Shown: positions 6,752 to 15,135 of the stretch, in pieces | How the letters are laid out: every line of letters starts with the position of its first letter | Position numbering within the stretch: position 1 is the first letter of the stretch | Source: a virus | Taxonomy: Duplodnaviria; Caudoviricetes | Reading direction: 5' to 3' (one strand) | DNA length: 37,097 bases | Virus record (IMG/VR): IMGVR_UViG_3300024251_000023 | Location: 1-37,097 of that record | The notes under the pieces: generated by a model | What the model was told of the DNA's origin: nothing | Database searches by the model: none | The model's input: the letters and a program-made list of their open reading frames with translations, nothing else | Made by a program: the position numbers and the translations under genes

Positions 6752-7140
6752 CAAACAAATGGATTAGCGTAAAAGACAAGCTTCCGCCTAATTACGAAGA
6801 GGTTATTTACGCTGTACTGACTGATGTAAAGCGCGATGTTCTTGTCGGTCATCGAGTTAATGAGCTTTGGTATAACTGTTATTTATTGTATATTTCAACA
6901 CCACTGAATCATCATATCTGTAAAGTGACGCATTGGATGGCTATGCCTGATTTTCCTGATGACATGGAAATGCCTGTACCTAAAATTACACGATTGCCTG
7001 ATGCAAGACATCGTGATGATGCCATGATGAATGAAGTGATTCTAGGTGATATGAACTCCATTGTAGATAAGCAAGACATCGAAGACGCTAAAAAGATTGA
7101 TGAGCACACTATGGAACATTTGATGAGTGACTTAGCATAA
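6748..7140 (+). CDS. DUF551-domain protein
   Basis: WISVKDKLP...VTHWMAMPDFP. Confidence 0.85.
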   Translation: MTNKWISVKDKLPPNYEEVIYAVLTDVKRDVLVGHRVNELWYNCYLLYISTPLNHHICKVTHWMAMPDFPDDMEMPVPKITRLPDARHRDDAMMNEVILGDMNSIVDKQDIEDAKKIDEHTMEHLMSDLA

Positions 7141-7508
7141 TGTCTAAACTTTCAAAACTACAAAAGCTCTATGATAAGATTCCGAATATTGACTGCAAAG
7201 GCTTGTGTCATGCCTCGTGTTCTATTGTGCCGGCAGCAAAGATTGAAATAAAGCGCGCAAGGGGAAGAATGGGTGGCAAGAACCCATTTAACCCATTAAG
7301 GGCAGTATTTCATTTTCAAGAAACAGGAAAAATTGGTTCTTGTGCTGCATTAAAGGACAAAAGGTGTTCGATTTATCAAGCAAGACCTGCTATATGTAGG
7401 CTTTATGGGGTAGCGCAAGGACTTGAATGTCCGTTTGGTTGCCAACCTGAACGACAACTTAGTAAGCAGGAAGCTCACGACTTAATCAGGGAGATTGAAG
7501 CCTTATGA
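7140..7508 (+). CDS. YkgJ-family (CxxCxxCC) Zn/Fe cysteine-cluster protein
   Basis: CKGLCHASC...CAALKDKRCSIYQARPAICRLYG. Confidence 0.85.
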   Translation: MSKLSKLQKLYDKIPNIDCKGLCHASCSIVPAAKIEIKRARGRMGGKNPFNPLRAVFHFQETGKIGSCAALKDKRCSIYQARPAICRLYGVAQGLECPFGCQPERQLSKQEAHDLIREIEAL

Positions 7509-9049
7509 TTATACCAGGCGACAAGGAACAAGTTGCCTCAGAGTTGCGGTCAAGTTTGCTAGAGTACATCAAGTACTTCTATCCGCTTCTTACAGGACGT
7601 GAATTTATTGTCTCTCAACCTATAGGGCGTGAATCGCATCACATCACTATATGCAGGGCTTTAAGCAAAGCAGCTCGCCTTGAAATAGAAAACCAACGAC
7701 TGTTAATTAATGTGAGCCCTGGCTCGGGTAAGTCAACGATGCTGGCTATGTGGGTTGCTTGGACGCTATCTAAATACGCCGATTCTCGCTTCTTGTACAT
7801 CTCTTATTCTAAAGTTCTTGCCGCCAAACACACAGAAACCATCAAGCGTATTATGCAGCTCCCGCATTATGATTATTTATTTGACGTAAGGATTAGGCAT
7901 GACTCAAAAGCAAGAGAGTATTTCCAAACAACTCATGGAGGAGCTGTCGCAGCTTTCGGAAGCGGTGGCGCAATTACCGGTCAAGATGCAGGCTTACCAG
8001 GGCTTGAACGGTTCAGCGGTGCTGTCATCATTGATGATGCACATAAACCAGATGAAGTCCACAGTGACACTATTAGACAATCAGTTATCGATAATTATCG
8101 AGAAACTATCCAACAGCGTGCCCGCGGAATCAACGTGCCTACGATCTTCATTGGCCAACGACTACACGAAGACGACCTAGCGGCGTATTTGCTTGCAGGT
8201 AAAGACGGTTATGAATGGGAAAAGGTCATTCTAAAAAGTATTGACGAGGCTGGCAATGCATTATACCCCGAAGTTGACCCGCTCGCGAAACTACTGAAAC
8301 GTCAAGAGACAGACCCTTACGTGTTCTCAAGCCAGTACCAACAAGACCCAATCCCAGCAGGCGGTGCATTGTTTAAGCCTGAGTGGTTCGTATTACTGGA
8401 TGAAGAACCTGAAATACTCTACAGCTTTATCACCTGCGACACGGCTGAGACTGCAAAAAGCTACAATGATGCCACGGCGTTTTCATTCTGGGGAATTTAT
8501 GATATTGAATCGTACGGCGTTAAAACTGGTCAATATGGCTTACATTGGATTGATACGCTAGAATGTCGTATTGAACCAAAGGACTTACGTTCTACATTTC
8601 TGGATTTTTGGCAGCAATGTATGAGGTATAAGAAGCAGCCTCAAATGATTGCTATTGAGAAGAAGTCAACGGGTGGAACATTGCTAAGCTTATTGGATGA
8701 GATTAGAACTGTAAAACTCATGGACATCCCGAGAACAAAAGAACATGGCTGTAAAACCAAGCGTTTCTTGGAGGTTCAGCCCTATATTGCAGAGCGGCGT
8801 ATATCGTTCCCTATGTTTGGCAAGCACGTGAAACAATGCGTGGAACATATGGCAAAGATTACAGCCAATGAAACACATCGATGGGATGATATTGCAGACA
8901 CGGCAGCCGATGCGATTCGCATAGCCTTGATAGAGAAAACCGTGATATCGTCGCAAGTAAATGTAACAAATTATGACGATGTTGCCAGAACCATTATGGG
9001 AACTTCGCAGAAAATCAATAGATTGAGGCAAAATGCTTATACACGATAA
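7505..9049 (+). CDS. terL: Terminase large subunit
   Basis: Walker A SPGSGKST, Walker B VIIDD, QRLHEDDL, YQQDP, nuclease acidic motifs CDTA..ND and DDIADT. Confidence 0.95.
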   Translation: MIIPGDKEQVASELRSSLLEYIKYFYPLLTGREFIVSQPIGRESHHITICRALSKAARLEIENQRLLINVSPGSGKSTMLAMWVAWTLSKYADSRFLYISYSKVLAAKHTETIKRIMQLPHYDYLFDVRIRHDSKAREYFQTTHGGAVAAFGSGGAITGQDAGLPGLERFSGAVIIDDAHKPDEVHSDTIRQSVIDNYRETIQQRARGINVPTIFIGQRLHEDDLAAYLLAGKDGYEWEKVILKSIDEAGNALYPEVDPLAKLLKRQETDPYVFSSQYQQDPIPAGGALFKPEWFVLLDEEPEILYSFITCDTAETAKSYNDATAFSFWGIYDIESYGVKTGQYGLHWIDTLECRIEPKDLRSTFLDFWQQCMRYKKQPQMIAIEKKSTGGTLLSLLDEIRTVKLMDIPRTKEHGCKTKRFLEVQPYIAERRISFPMFGKHVKQCVEHMAKITANETHRWDDIADTAADAIRIALIEKTVISSQVNVTNYDDVARTIMGTSQKINRLRQNAYTR

Positions 9050-9106
9050 TTAAATACGATACAATAGAAACGTAACAAGGGAAAGGATTTCTCTAAAGGA
9101 GCTACA

Positions 9107-11197
9107 ATGTCTAAGGATGTAGCAAAACGTTACCAGGATAATCTTGCTCGCATTAAAAAGAAGGTGCGAAATGCGCATGATTATTTCAGGGACAACTACG
9201 ACCGCTATAATGAGTTTCGAAAGTTTGTTTTTGAGTCTTCACTAACGAACGATGAAATCACGCTGCTTATGACCATGAATCGCCCGCAGCTCGAGTTCAA
9301 CGTCCTGGAAGCCTATATTAGCAGACTTTTGGGTGAGTTTTCAAAACAAGAACCTGATATTGAGGTGAATGCCTTTGATGAAGAAAAGGCAGACCCTATC
9401 ACCATCAAGGTTGTCGAGCAGCACTTAAAGCATGTCTTTATGGACAATGACAACCAACATCTGCGTTATGAGGTCTACAAAGACCTTCTGTCTGGCGGCT
9501 TTAGCACTGTAAAAGTTTACACCGAGTTCGAACATCCTATGTCGATGAATCAGGTGATCAAATTTTCACGTTGCGAGCCTACACTCTGTGGTTTCGATAA
9601 GGTGGCACGCTTCTCACATAAAGGCGATGGAAACTTTTGCTTTGAATTATTCCCTAAAGAAAAAGAAGAGTTCAAGGAAGAGTACCCTGACATTGCAACG
9701 AACTCCTTAAGCTTCACCAGAGACTTTGCAGGCTTTAACTGGTCATACATAAATGACAATAGCGAAATATTACTCATTGCTGACTACTATGAAAAAAAAC
9801 GCAAAGAGGAAATGATAGTCCAAGTGCGTGATGGACGTGTCATGACCCAAAAAGCCTACCGTAAACTTGTTGATGAATGGAATGATATCACAGTTCCGCC
9901 GTCAATAGTGGGTAAGCCTCGAAAGACATTGATTGACAGCATATGCCGTTACCGAATCATAGAAAATCAGGTTATCGAGTATGAAGAGACTGATTTTAGC
10001 TTTTTACCGCTAGTCTTTATTGATGGCAGTTCGCTCATGATCAAAACCCCTACAAACGGCAACATCAGACAAGTAACGAGGCCCTATGTTTATCATGCAA
10101 AAGGCGCGCAACGCCTTAAAAACTTTGCGGGTATTTCTCTGGCTAATGAGATTGAGAATACAGTTCAGCATAAGTTCATGGTGGCAAAAGAGGCTCTACC
10201 TAAAGAGGAAAATTTTCTGGACGCCTATAAAGACGTTCAAAAAGAAGCTGTGCTCGTTTACAACTCTGTTCATGAATCTAACCCAGATTTACCGATCAAT
10301 AATCCTATACGTGAAGTTCAACGTGTCCCTGCACCGCCTGAGATTGCGAACGCGTTCACCGGAACAGATTCACTTATTCAGAATGTATTGGGGTCTTATG
10401 ATGCTAGCCTTGGTATTAATAATAATCAGCTATCTGGGATTGCAATTGTAGAGGCTGCAAGTCAGTCCAATGCGACAGCAATGCCTTATATTGTAGGTTG
10501 CCTACAAGGCTTCCAGCGTCTGGCGCAAATCTATGTGGATTTGATGCCTAAATATATGATTACACCACGCACCATTCCCATTATTGATGAGGACGGGAAG
10601 CGTCATTTTGTACGCACTAATCAGGAAGGAGGACTGCCAATTGATTTTGATACGAATGTCTTGAATGTCGTAATCAAAGCCGGTGCAAGCTTCCAAGTTC
10701 AGAAGTCAAGAACCATTATGATGGTGAAAGAAATGATGGGCATGTCTCCTCTATTTGCTCAATTTATTGCCGAGAAAGGTTTGAATTTTGTCTTAGATAA
10801 TATGGAAGGTAAGGGAATTGAACAGCTTAAAGCGTTAACTGACGAATGGTTGCAGCAATACCAGCAAGAAAAGCAGCAGGCCATGGAGGCGCAACAACAA
10901 AATCCTGCCATGATGAAGGCTCAAATTGATGCCCAAAAACTGCAATTGCAAGGCGCTGAGTCTCAGCAAAAATTTGCTATTGATATGGCAAAGCTTCAGC
11001 AAGACGAGCGAAAAGTGCTTGCTGATTTACGATTAGGTCAACAATCAGCAAACGTACAGCTTGTGAAGGCAATGACCGAGCGGTTTGCTAAGCAAGTTGA
11101 TTTGGAAATGAAGCATCATGATATGCGTCATCGCCATGGCAAGGAAACGTTTGAAGCGCACCATAAGGTAGCTCAGCACGGCCAGAGACAACATTAA
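9107..11197 (+). CDS. Portal protein (P22-like) with C-terminal coiled coil and His-rich tail
   Basis: Follows TerL; 696 aa; RPQLEFN, AKGAQRLKN, SGIAI motifs; Q-rich helical C-terminus. Confidence 0.9.
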   Translation: MSKDVAKRYQDNLARIKKKVRNAHDYFRDNYDRYNEFRKFVFESSLTNDEITLLMTMNRPQLEFNVLEAYISRLLGEFSKQEPDIEVNAFDEEKADPITIKVVEQHLKHVFMDNDNQHLRYEVYKDLLSGGFSTVKVYTEFEHPMSMNQVIKFSRCEPTLCGFDKVARFSHKGDGNFCFELFPKEKEEFKEEYPDIATNSLSFTRDFAGFNWSYINDNSEILLIADYYEKKRKEEMIVQVRDGRVMTQKAYRKLVDEWNDITVPPSIVGKPRKTLIDSICRYRIIENQVIEYEETDFSFLPLVFIDGSSLMIKTPTNGNIRQVTRPYVYHAKGAQRLKNFAGISLANEIENTVQHKFMVAKEALPKEENFLDAYKDVQKEAVLVYNSVHESNPDLPINNPIREVQRVPAPPEIANAFTGTDSLIQNVLGSYDASLGINNNQLSGIAIVEAASQSNATAMPYIVGCLQGFQRLAQIYVDLMPKYMITPRTIPIIDEDGKRHFVRTNQEGGLPIDFDTNVLNVVIKAGASFQVQKSRTIMMVKEMMGMSPLFAQFIAEKGLNFVLDNMEGKGIEQLKALTDEWLQQYQQEKQQAMEAQQQNPAMMKAQIDAQKLQLQGAESQQKFAIDMAKLQQDERKVLADLRLGQQSANVQLVKAMTERFAKQVDLEMKHHDMRHRHGKETFEAHHKVAQHGQRQH

Positions 11198-11208
11198 AGG
11201 AGATAAAA

Positions 11209-11382
11209 ATGACAGGGAAAGTGACTTGGAATGACCTGCATAATGCGTCAGCAAATGAACTTAAAAAGACTTATAAGCTCAATGACAGGCAACTTGAAAA
11301 TCAGATGAAAAAACATCTAAAAGGTGCCACATCCGAACAGCGAAGCACTATTTATGGTCAAGTTTGGAGCAATAAACGATGA
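11209..11382 (+). CDS. 57-aa hypothetical protein (not in ORF track; MTGKVTWNDL...)
   Basis: AAGGAG SD; stop overlaps the next ATG (ATGA). Confidence 0.75.
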   Translation: MTGKVTWNDLHNASANELKKTYKLNDRQLENQMKKHLKGATSEQRSTIYGQVWSNKR

Positions 11383-11564
11383 TTTCTATTCAAGATTTGG
11401 AGAAAAGACGCGAATGTTTGGCTGTTACGTTGCAGGCAAGTCAGGAAACTTTGCAAGATTTGAAAGAACGTGCAAAAATCATACGAAAAGAAGTGGCCAA
11501 CATTCAAGGTGCTATTCTTGAGTTGGATAGATTGATCGATGGAGTCGATCATGCCACTTACTAA
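11379..11564 (+). CDS. Small coiled-coil protein
   Basis: Heptad pattern; ATGA coupling. Confidence 0.7.
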   Translation: MISIQDLEKRRECLAVTLQASQETLQDLKERAKIIRKEVANIQGAILELDRLIDGVDHATY

Positions 11565-11925
11565 AGGGACAAGCCGAAAGGTGATTGGTGAAAATATTGC
11601 AGAGATGGAGGCAGCGGGTCATCCGCGTAAGCAAGCGATTGCTGCTAGTCTCAATGAAGCTCGTAAATCGGGCGCAAAGATTCCCATTAAACACAAGGAG
11701 ACTAAAGTGAAACACGAGCATAAGAAAGAGCATCATGAAAAGAAAGAACATCATGAGAAAAAAGCTCACGTCAAAAAAGAACATCCTAAAAAAGAGCATC
11801 ATGAACATGCTGCCCATAAACACATGCATCATCACCATGCCGAAATGAAAAAGCACCATGAAAGAGAAATGAAGCATCATGAAAAAATGATGTCTCATCA
11901 TCATAAGGGCGCAAAAAAAAAGTGA
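11551..11925 (+). CDS. Small phage protein with His/Lys/Glu-rich tail
   Basis: GGAG SD; N-terminus [32 protein letters not shown]; (K/E)HH repeats. Confidence 0.85.
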   Translation: MPLTKGTSRKVIGENIAEMEAAGHPRKQAIAASLNEARKSGAKIPIKHKETKVKHEHKKEHHEKKEHHEKKAHVKKEHPKKEHHEHAAHKHMHHHHAEMKKHHEREMKHHEKMMSHHHKGAKKK

Positions 11926-11999
11926 GCCATCCTGATGAAAAGGAAGATAAGGCTTTGGTTCGAAAGATGGTTAAAAAAACGTGTTTGAAAGGGGCTTAA
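11922..11999 (+). CDS. 25-codon -1-frame ORF ([25 protein letters not shown]): frameshift extension or GTG-started mini-gene
   Basis: Starts at the A9 run; fills the gap up to the ATG at 12001. Confidence 0.55.
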   Translation: MSHPDEKEDKALVRKMVKKTCLKGA

Positions 12000-12000
12000 G

Positions 12001-12195
12001 ATGGACTACAAACCTAAAAAAACAAAACGTGCCGTGGACGCTAACCCTTATGATAGGCGTGAAGAGAAGGTTACTAAAAAAGCCTTCAAGTCAGTTGCCA
12101 AATCGGTAAAGCCTGTTGCCAAAGACACAAACAAGACCCGCAGACCACGCGTTAAGCCTACTGCTGGGAAGAAAGGCATGAACAAGGACTGTTAA
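12001..12195 (+). CDS. Small basic (Lys/Arg-rich) protein
   Basis: Composition; packing. Confidence 0.7.
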   Translation: MDYKPKKTKRAVDANPYDRREEKVTKKAFKSVAKSVKPVAKDTNKTRRPRVKPTAGKKGMNKDC

Positions 12196-12196
12196 C

Positions 12197-12364
12197 ATGT
12201 TAAAAATTGTATCATTGGCATTACTAAAGATTATCGACAAGATTTATGAGGAAATTGAACCTGAGTTAAAAGAGTTTATCATTAATGAACTCAAAGAGCT
12301 TGTTGATAGTGTCAACGACTATATTCAAAGCAAACTGGACGTTAAGGATAACGAAAATGGCTGA
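12197..12364 (+). CDS. 55-aa amphipathic helical protein (not in ORF track; MLKIVSLALLKII...)
   Basis: AAGGA SD; fills the gap. Confidence 0.7.
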   Translation: MLKIVSLALLKIIDKIYEEIEPELKEFIINELKELVDSVNDYIQSKLDVKDNENG

Positions 12365-12539
12365 AAAATGGATTCAAGGGGCGATTAAGCACCCTGGGAA
12401 ACTACACAGGGACTTAGGTGTGCCAGAAGGCAAGAAGATTCCTGCGAAGAAGCTTGCGAAAGCGGAGCATAGCAAAAACCCTGCTATTCGTAAGGAAGCA
12501 AACCTTGCTAAGACCTTGAAGAAGTTGCGCAGCAAGTAA
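12357..12539 (+). CDS. Small basic phage protein
   Basis: MAEKWIQGAIKHPGKLHRDLGVPEGKKIP; AAGGA SD before 12357. Confidence 0.8.
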   Translation: MAEKWIQGAIKHPGKLHRDLGVPEGKKIPAKKLAKAEHSKNPAIRKEANLAKTLKKLRSK

Positions 12540-12567
12540 AGTACTCACAATTTATAAGGAGATAAAA

Positions 12568-12765
12568 ATGAGCTACAAGTGTATGGAAGGCATGATCGAC
12601 AATCGTATAGTAAATGACGATCACCAAAAAGGGATTAGTCGTGTTATCCAACGTAAACATGATAGAAATGACGTTGAAGGACATAACGGAAAAATGGGTC
12701 GTAAAGTCCCTAGCCAATCCCATTGGAGTAGACGCGGCGATGCATTGACTCCTCGTAAAGCCTAA
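12568..12765 (+). CDS. Small basic hypothetical protein
   Basis: AAGGAG SD. Confidence 0.75.
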   Translation: MSYKCMEGMIDNRIVNDDHQKGISRVIQRKHDRNDVEGHNGKMGRKVPSQSHWSRRGDALTPRKA

Positions 12766-12789
12766 CCCACTAACAATAAGGATATTAAC

Positions 12790-13809
12790 ATGGGTATTTT
12801 ACAATTTCCGACGCCTATTCCGGTTACGAATGGCAATTATCCTCAGTTCAAGTTTGCTATTTTCACTGATAACTTAGCAACTGTGACGACTGCTGGTTAC
12901 TTAAATCAATCCAGTATTTCGTCTGGTGTGCCAATCTCAAATGCTGATGTGATTATGGCCTTGATTGGTTTTAATCAACAAACATTAAGTGGCTCATTTG
13001 ATATATTCACGGTTTCCGTAGCCGCAGGCACAGGGTTAATCACCTTGACTGAATGGACTAATGCAAGCGGTGGTTCTGTGACATTACCTACCATTGCAAA
13101 CTACATTAACCATTTCACTAACACGACTGGTAATATGTCTTCTGCGCCAGCAAATATCATTAACGCCGGCAATATCCAGGCTGGATTATCAGGAACAGCA
13201 GGTACTTTGGCCTCTTTCCCTGCCACTGCTGCGAATGGTAGTTTGATATTAGCCGGAGTTGCCGCTGGTGGAGCGTTCAATACGACCATCTCAAACGGCA
13301 CTATGGCGCAGTCAACGACTTATACAATGCCCGATCCGACAAACGCTGCTGCAAGATTTTTAGTTGGAGCAGGTGCTACTCCATTTGTTTCTGGAAACTT
13401 CCCAGTAGCCAGCGGAACAGGTGGCCTAATGGTCGATTCAGGCGTTTCTGCTGCAAACTTAATGAAAACCAATGCGGTCAATACCATGACTGGTGCTGGC
13501 CAGATTATCTTGCAAAAAGCAAACGGTACGGAAGCTGCTAATGCGGTGACTGCTAGCGGTAATGCTGGTGTGATAACCACATCTTCATTAACAACGGCAG
13601 GTGGCGCATCTTATGCTATCACTTGGACAAACACCAAAATTACAGCAACATCCGTGTTTAGTTTCTGTATTCAAGGTGGTACGAACACAACTCAGAATAT
13701 TACATTCACTTGTGCTCCTGGCGCTGGAACTGCAACGTTGACGATTTATAACAACACTGCGGCTACGGCTCTCAATGGTACTATCTTGATTGGTTACACC
13801 GTGTTGTAA
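12790..13809 (+). CDS. Putative virion decoration/fibre protein
   Basis: T/A/G/N-rich, nearly charge-free, beta-strand-like composition; located in the head module. Confidence 0.65.
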   Translation: MGILQFPTPIPVTNGNYPQFKFAIFTDNLATVTTAGYLNQSSISSGVPISNADVIMALIGFNQQTLSGSFDIFTVSVAAGTGLITLTEWTNASGGSVTLPTIANYINHFTNTTGNMSSAPANIINAGNIQAGLSGTAGTLASFPATAANGSLILAGVAAGGAFNTTISNGTMAQSTTYTMPDPTNAAARFLVGAGATPFVSGNFPVASGTGGLMVDSGVSAANLMKTNAVNTMTGAGQIILQKANGTEAANAVTASGNAGVITTSSLTTAGGASYAITWTNTKITATSVFSFCIQGGTNTTQNITFTCAPGAGTATLTIYNNTAATALNGTILIGYTVL

Positions 13810-13816
13810 ACTTGCT

Positions 13817-13863
13817 GAGGCCGGTTTGGTTTTTTTCCACTTCCTTTTCCCAAACTTGGCCTC
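13817..13863. terminator. Hairpin between convergent genes
   Basis: GAGGCC.GTTTGG...CCAAAC..GGCCTC; no classical U-tract after the stem. Confidence 0.45.
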
Positions 13864-14059
13864 ACATTCCTACAGGACGTAAGTTGTCTTTAAGCCATCT
13901 ATCAACACTCTCTGCTGTATAATAAACCTTTTCATTAAGTTTGTGGTATTTTGGACTTCTTCCCTCGTAACGTGCCTTTCTAAACCAGTGAATCGACAAA
14001 CCATACTTGCTTGAAACTTCTTTTTCTGACAAGTACTGAACTCCATCTAGCAATAACAT
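13862..14059 (-). CDS. AlpA/excisionase-like winged-HTH protein
   Basis: YLSEKEVSSKYGLSIHWFRKARYEGRSPKYHKL..KVYY....VDRWL. Confidence 0.85.
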   Translation of the reverse strand: MLLLDGVQYLSEKEVSSKYGLSIHWFRKARYEGRSPKYHKLNEKVYYTAESVDRWLKDNLRPVGM

Positions 14060-14264
14060 AATTATTCCTTAATTATCGTTATAAATAGCAACCACCTATC
14101 ATATTTCATCATATTTCTTTAGTTAATAACCAATCATTGATATTCATTCATATTTCTTAATATTGTTTCACACAACCTCATATAGCTCATTGTTTGACCT
14201 ATGAAATTTGACTAAATTTAGGCTGTGGGAAACGGACTTTATTGCAAAGGATTGCAACCCACAA

Positions 14265-14362
14265 CGAGACCCGTGCGTTAGCGGGGGATTTTTCAGCGTG
14301 ACGGCGTAATAGTCCGAGACCTGTTCGTAAGGCAGAGGAACTACCGTGGCGGGGGAATAGCT
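14265..14362 (+). promoter_or_regulatory. Tandem structured RNA leader of the scaffold gene
   Basis: Two ~50-nt units starting CGAGACC (14265, 14315) with compensatory changes; ends next to the SD. Confidence 0.6.
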
Positions 14363-14378
14363 AGAAGGAAGCAATGTT

Positions 14379-15089
14379 ATGGATAACAGCGTTATGGATA
14401 ACGCGTCTGGTACTAATCAGACTCCGGTAATTGAACAATCTCAAAGTGTTCAACCCACAGAGAGAGTGTTTAAGCAATCAGAACTTAATGAGATTGTAGG
14501 TCGTGCAAAGCATGAAGCTGTTGAAAGCTTTAAAAGGCAGCAAACGCAACATGCACCGCAATACCAGCAGCCTCAAGAGTCACAAGCAGCCAAACACATG
14601 TCGGAAGATGACATTCGCCGGCTGACAAGCGAAGAGCTTGCAAGGCAACGTGATAACTGGACTCGTGAAGCCCAGGAAAGAGCAGATGCCGAAGCAGCAC
14701 AACGCATTGTGAATGCTTATAAGGACAAGATTGCGCCAGGGAAAGAGAAGTACGAGGATTTTGAGGCGGTCACAAACAACGTTGACATGCGATACTATCC
14801 AAACGTAGTGCAGCTTCTTGCTGAGTACGTCGATAATTCCGCCGATGTGTTGTATGACTTAGCCAAACACCGAAGCAAGCTTGGCCAAATCGAGCAGCTT
14901 TGTTCTCACAATCCTCAAGATGCAATCTATGAGATCAAACGGTTATCAGACTCTATTAAGTCGAATGACCAGACCTCACAGATGAAACATGCCAATAGCC
15001 CTTTATCCCAACAGAGACCTTCTAATACTGGCACGGATTCCGGTAGTTCTCTGTCTATGAAGGACTTAAAGCGTAAATACAGGGCATAG
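14379..15089 (+). CDS. Scaffolding protein
   Basis: Directly before the coat gene; Q/E-rich helical; basic C-terminus (KDLKRKYRA). Confidence 0.8.
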   Translation: MDNSVMDNASGTNQTPVIEQSQSVQPTERVFKQSELNEIVGRAKHEAVESFKRQQTQHAPQYQQPQESQAAKHMSEDDIRRLTSEELARQRDNWTREAQERADAEAAQRIVNAYKDKIAPGKEKYEDFEAVTNNVDMRYYPNVVQLLAEYVDNSADVLYDLAKHRSKLGQIEQLCSHNPQDAIYEIKRLSDSIKSNDQTSQMKHANSPLSQQRPSNTGTDSGSSLSMKDLKRKYRA

Positions 15090-15135
15090 AGACCGTGAAT
15101 CCTAACTTAATGGACTAAAGTTAGGAGTAACTAAC

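Noticed and set aside
11512-11904. 130-aa Met/Phe-rich minus-strand ORF
   Set aside because: Antisense shadow of the CAT/AAA/GAA-rich His-rich gene
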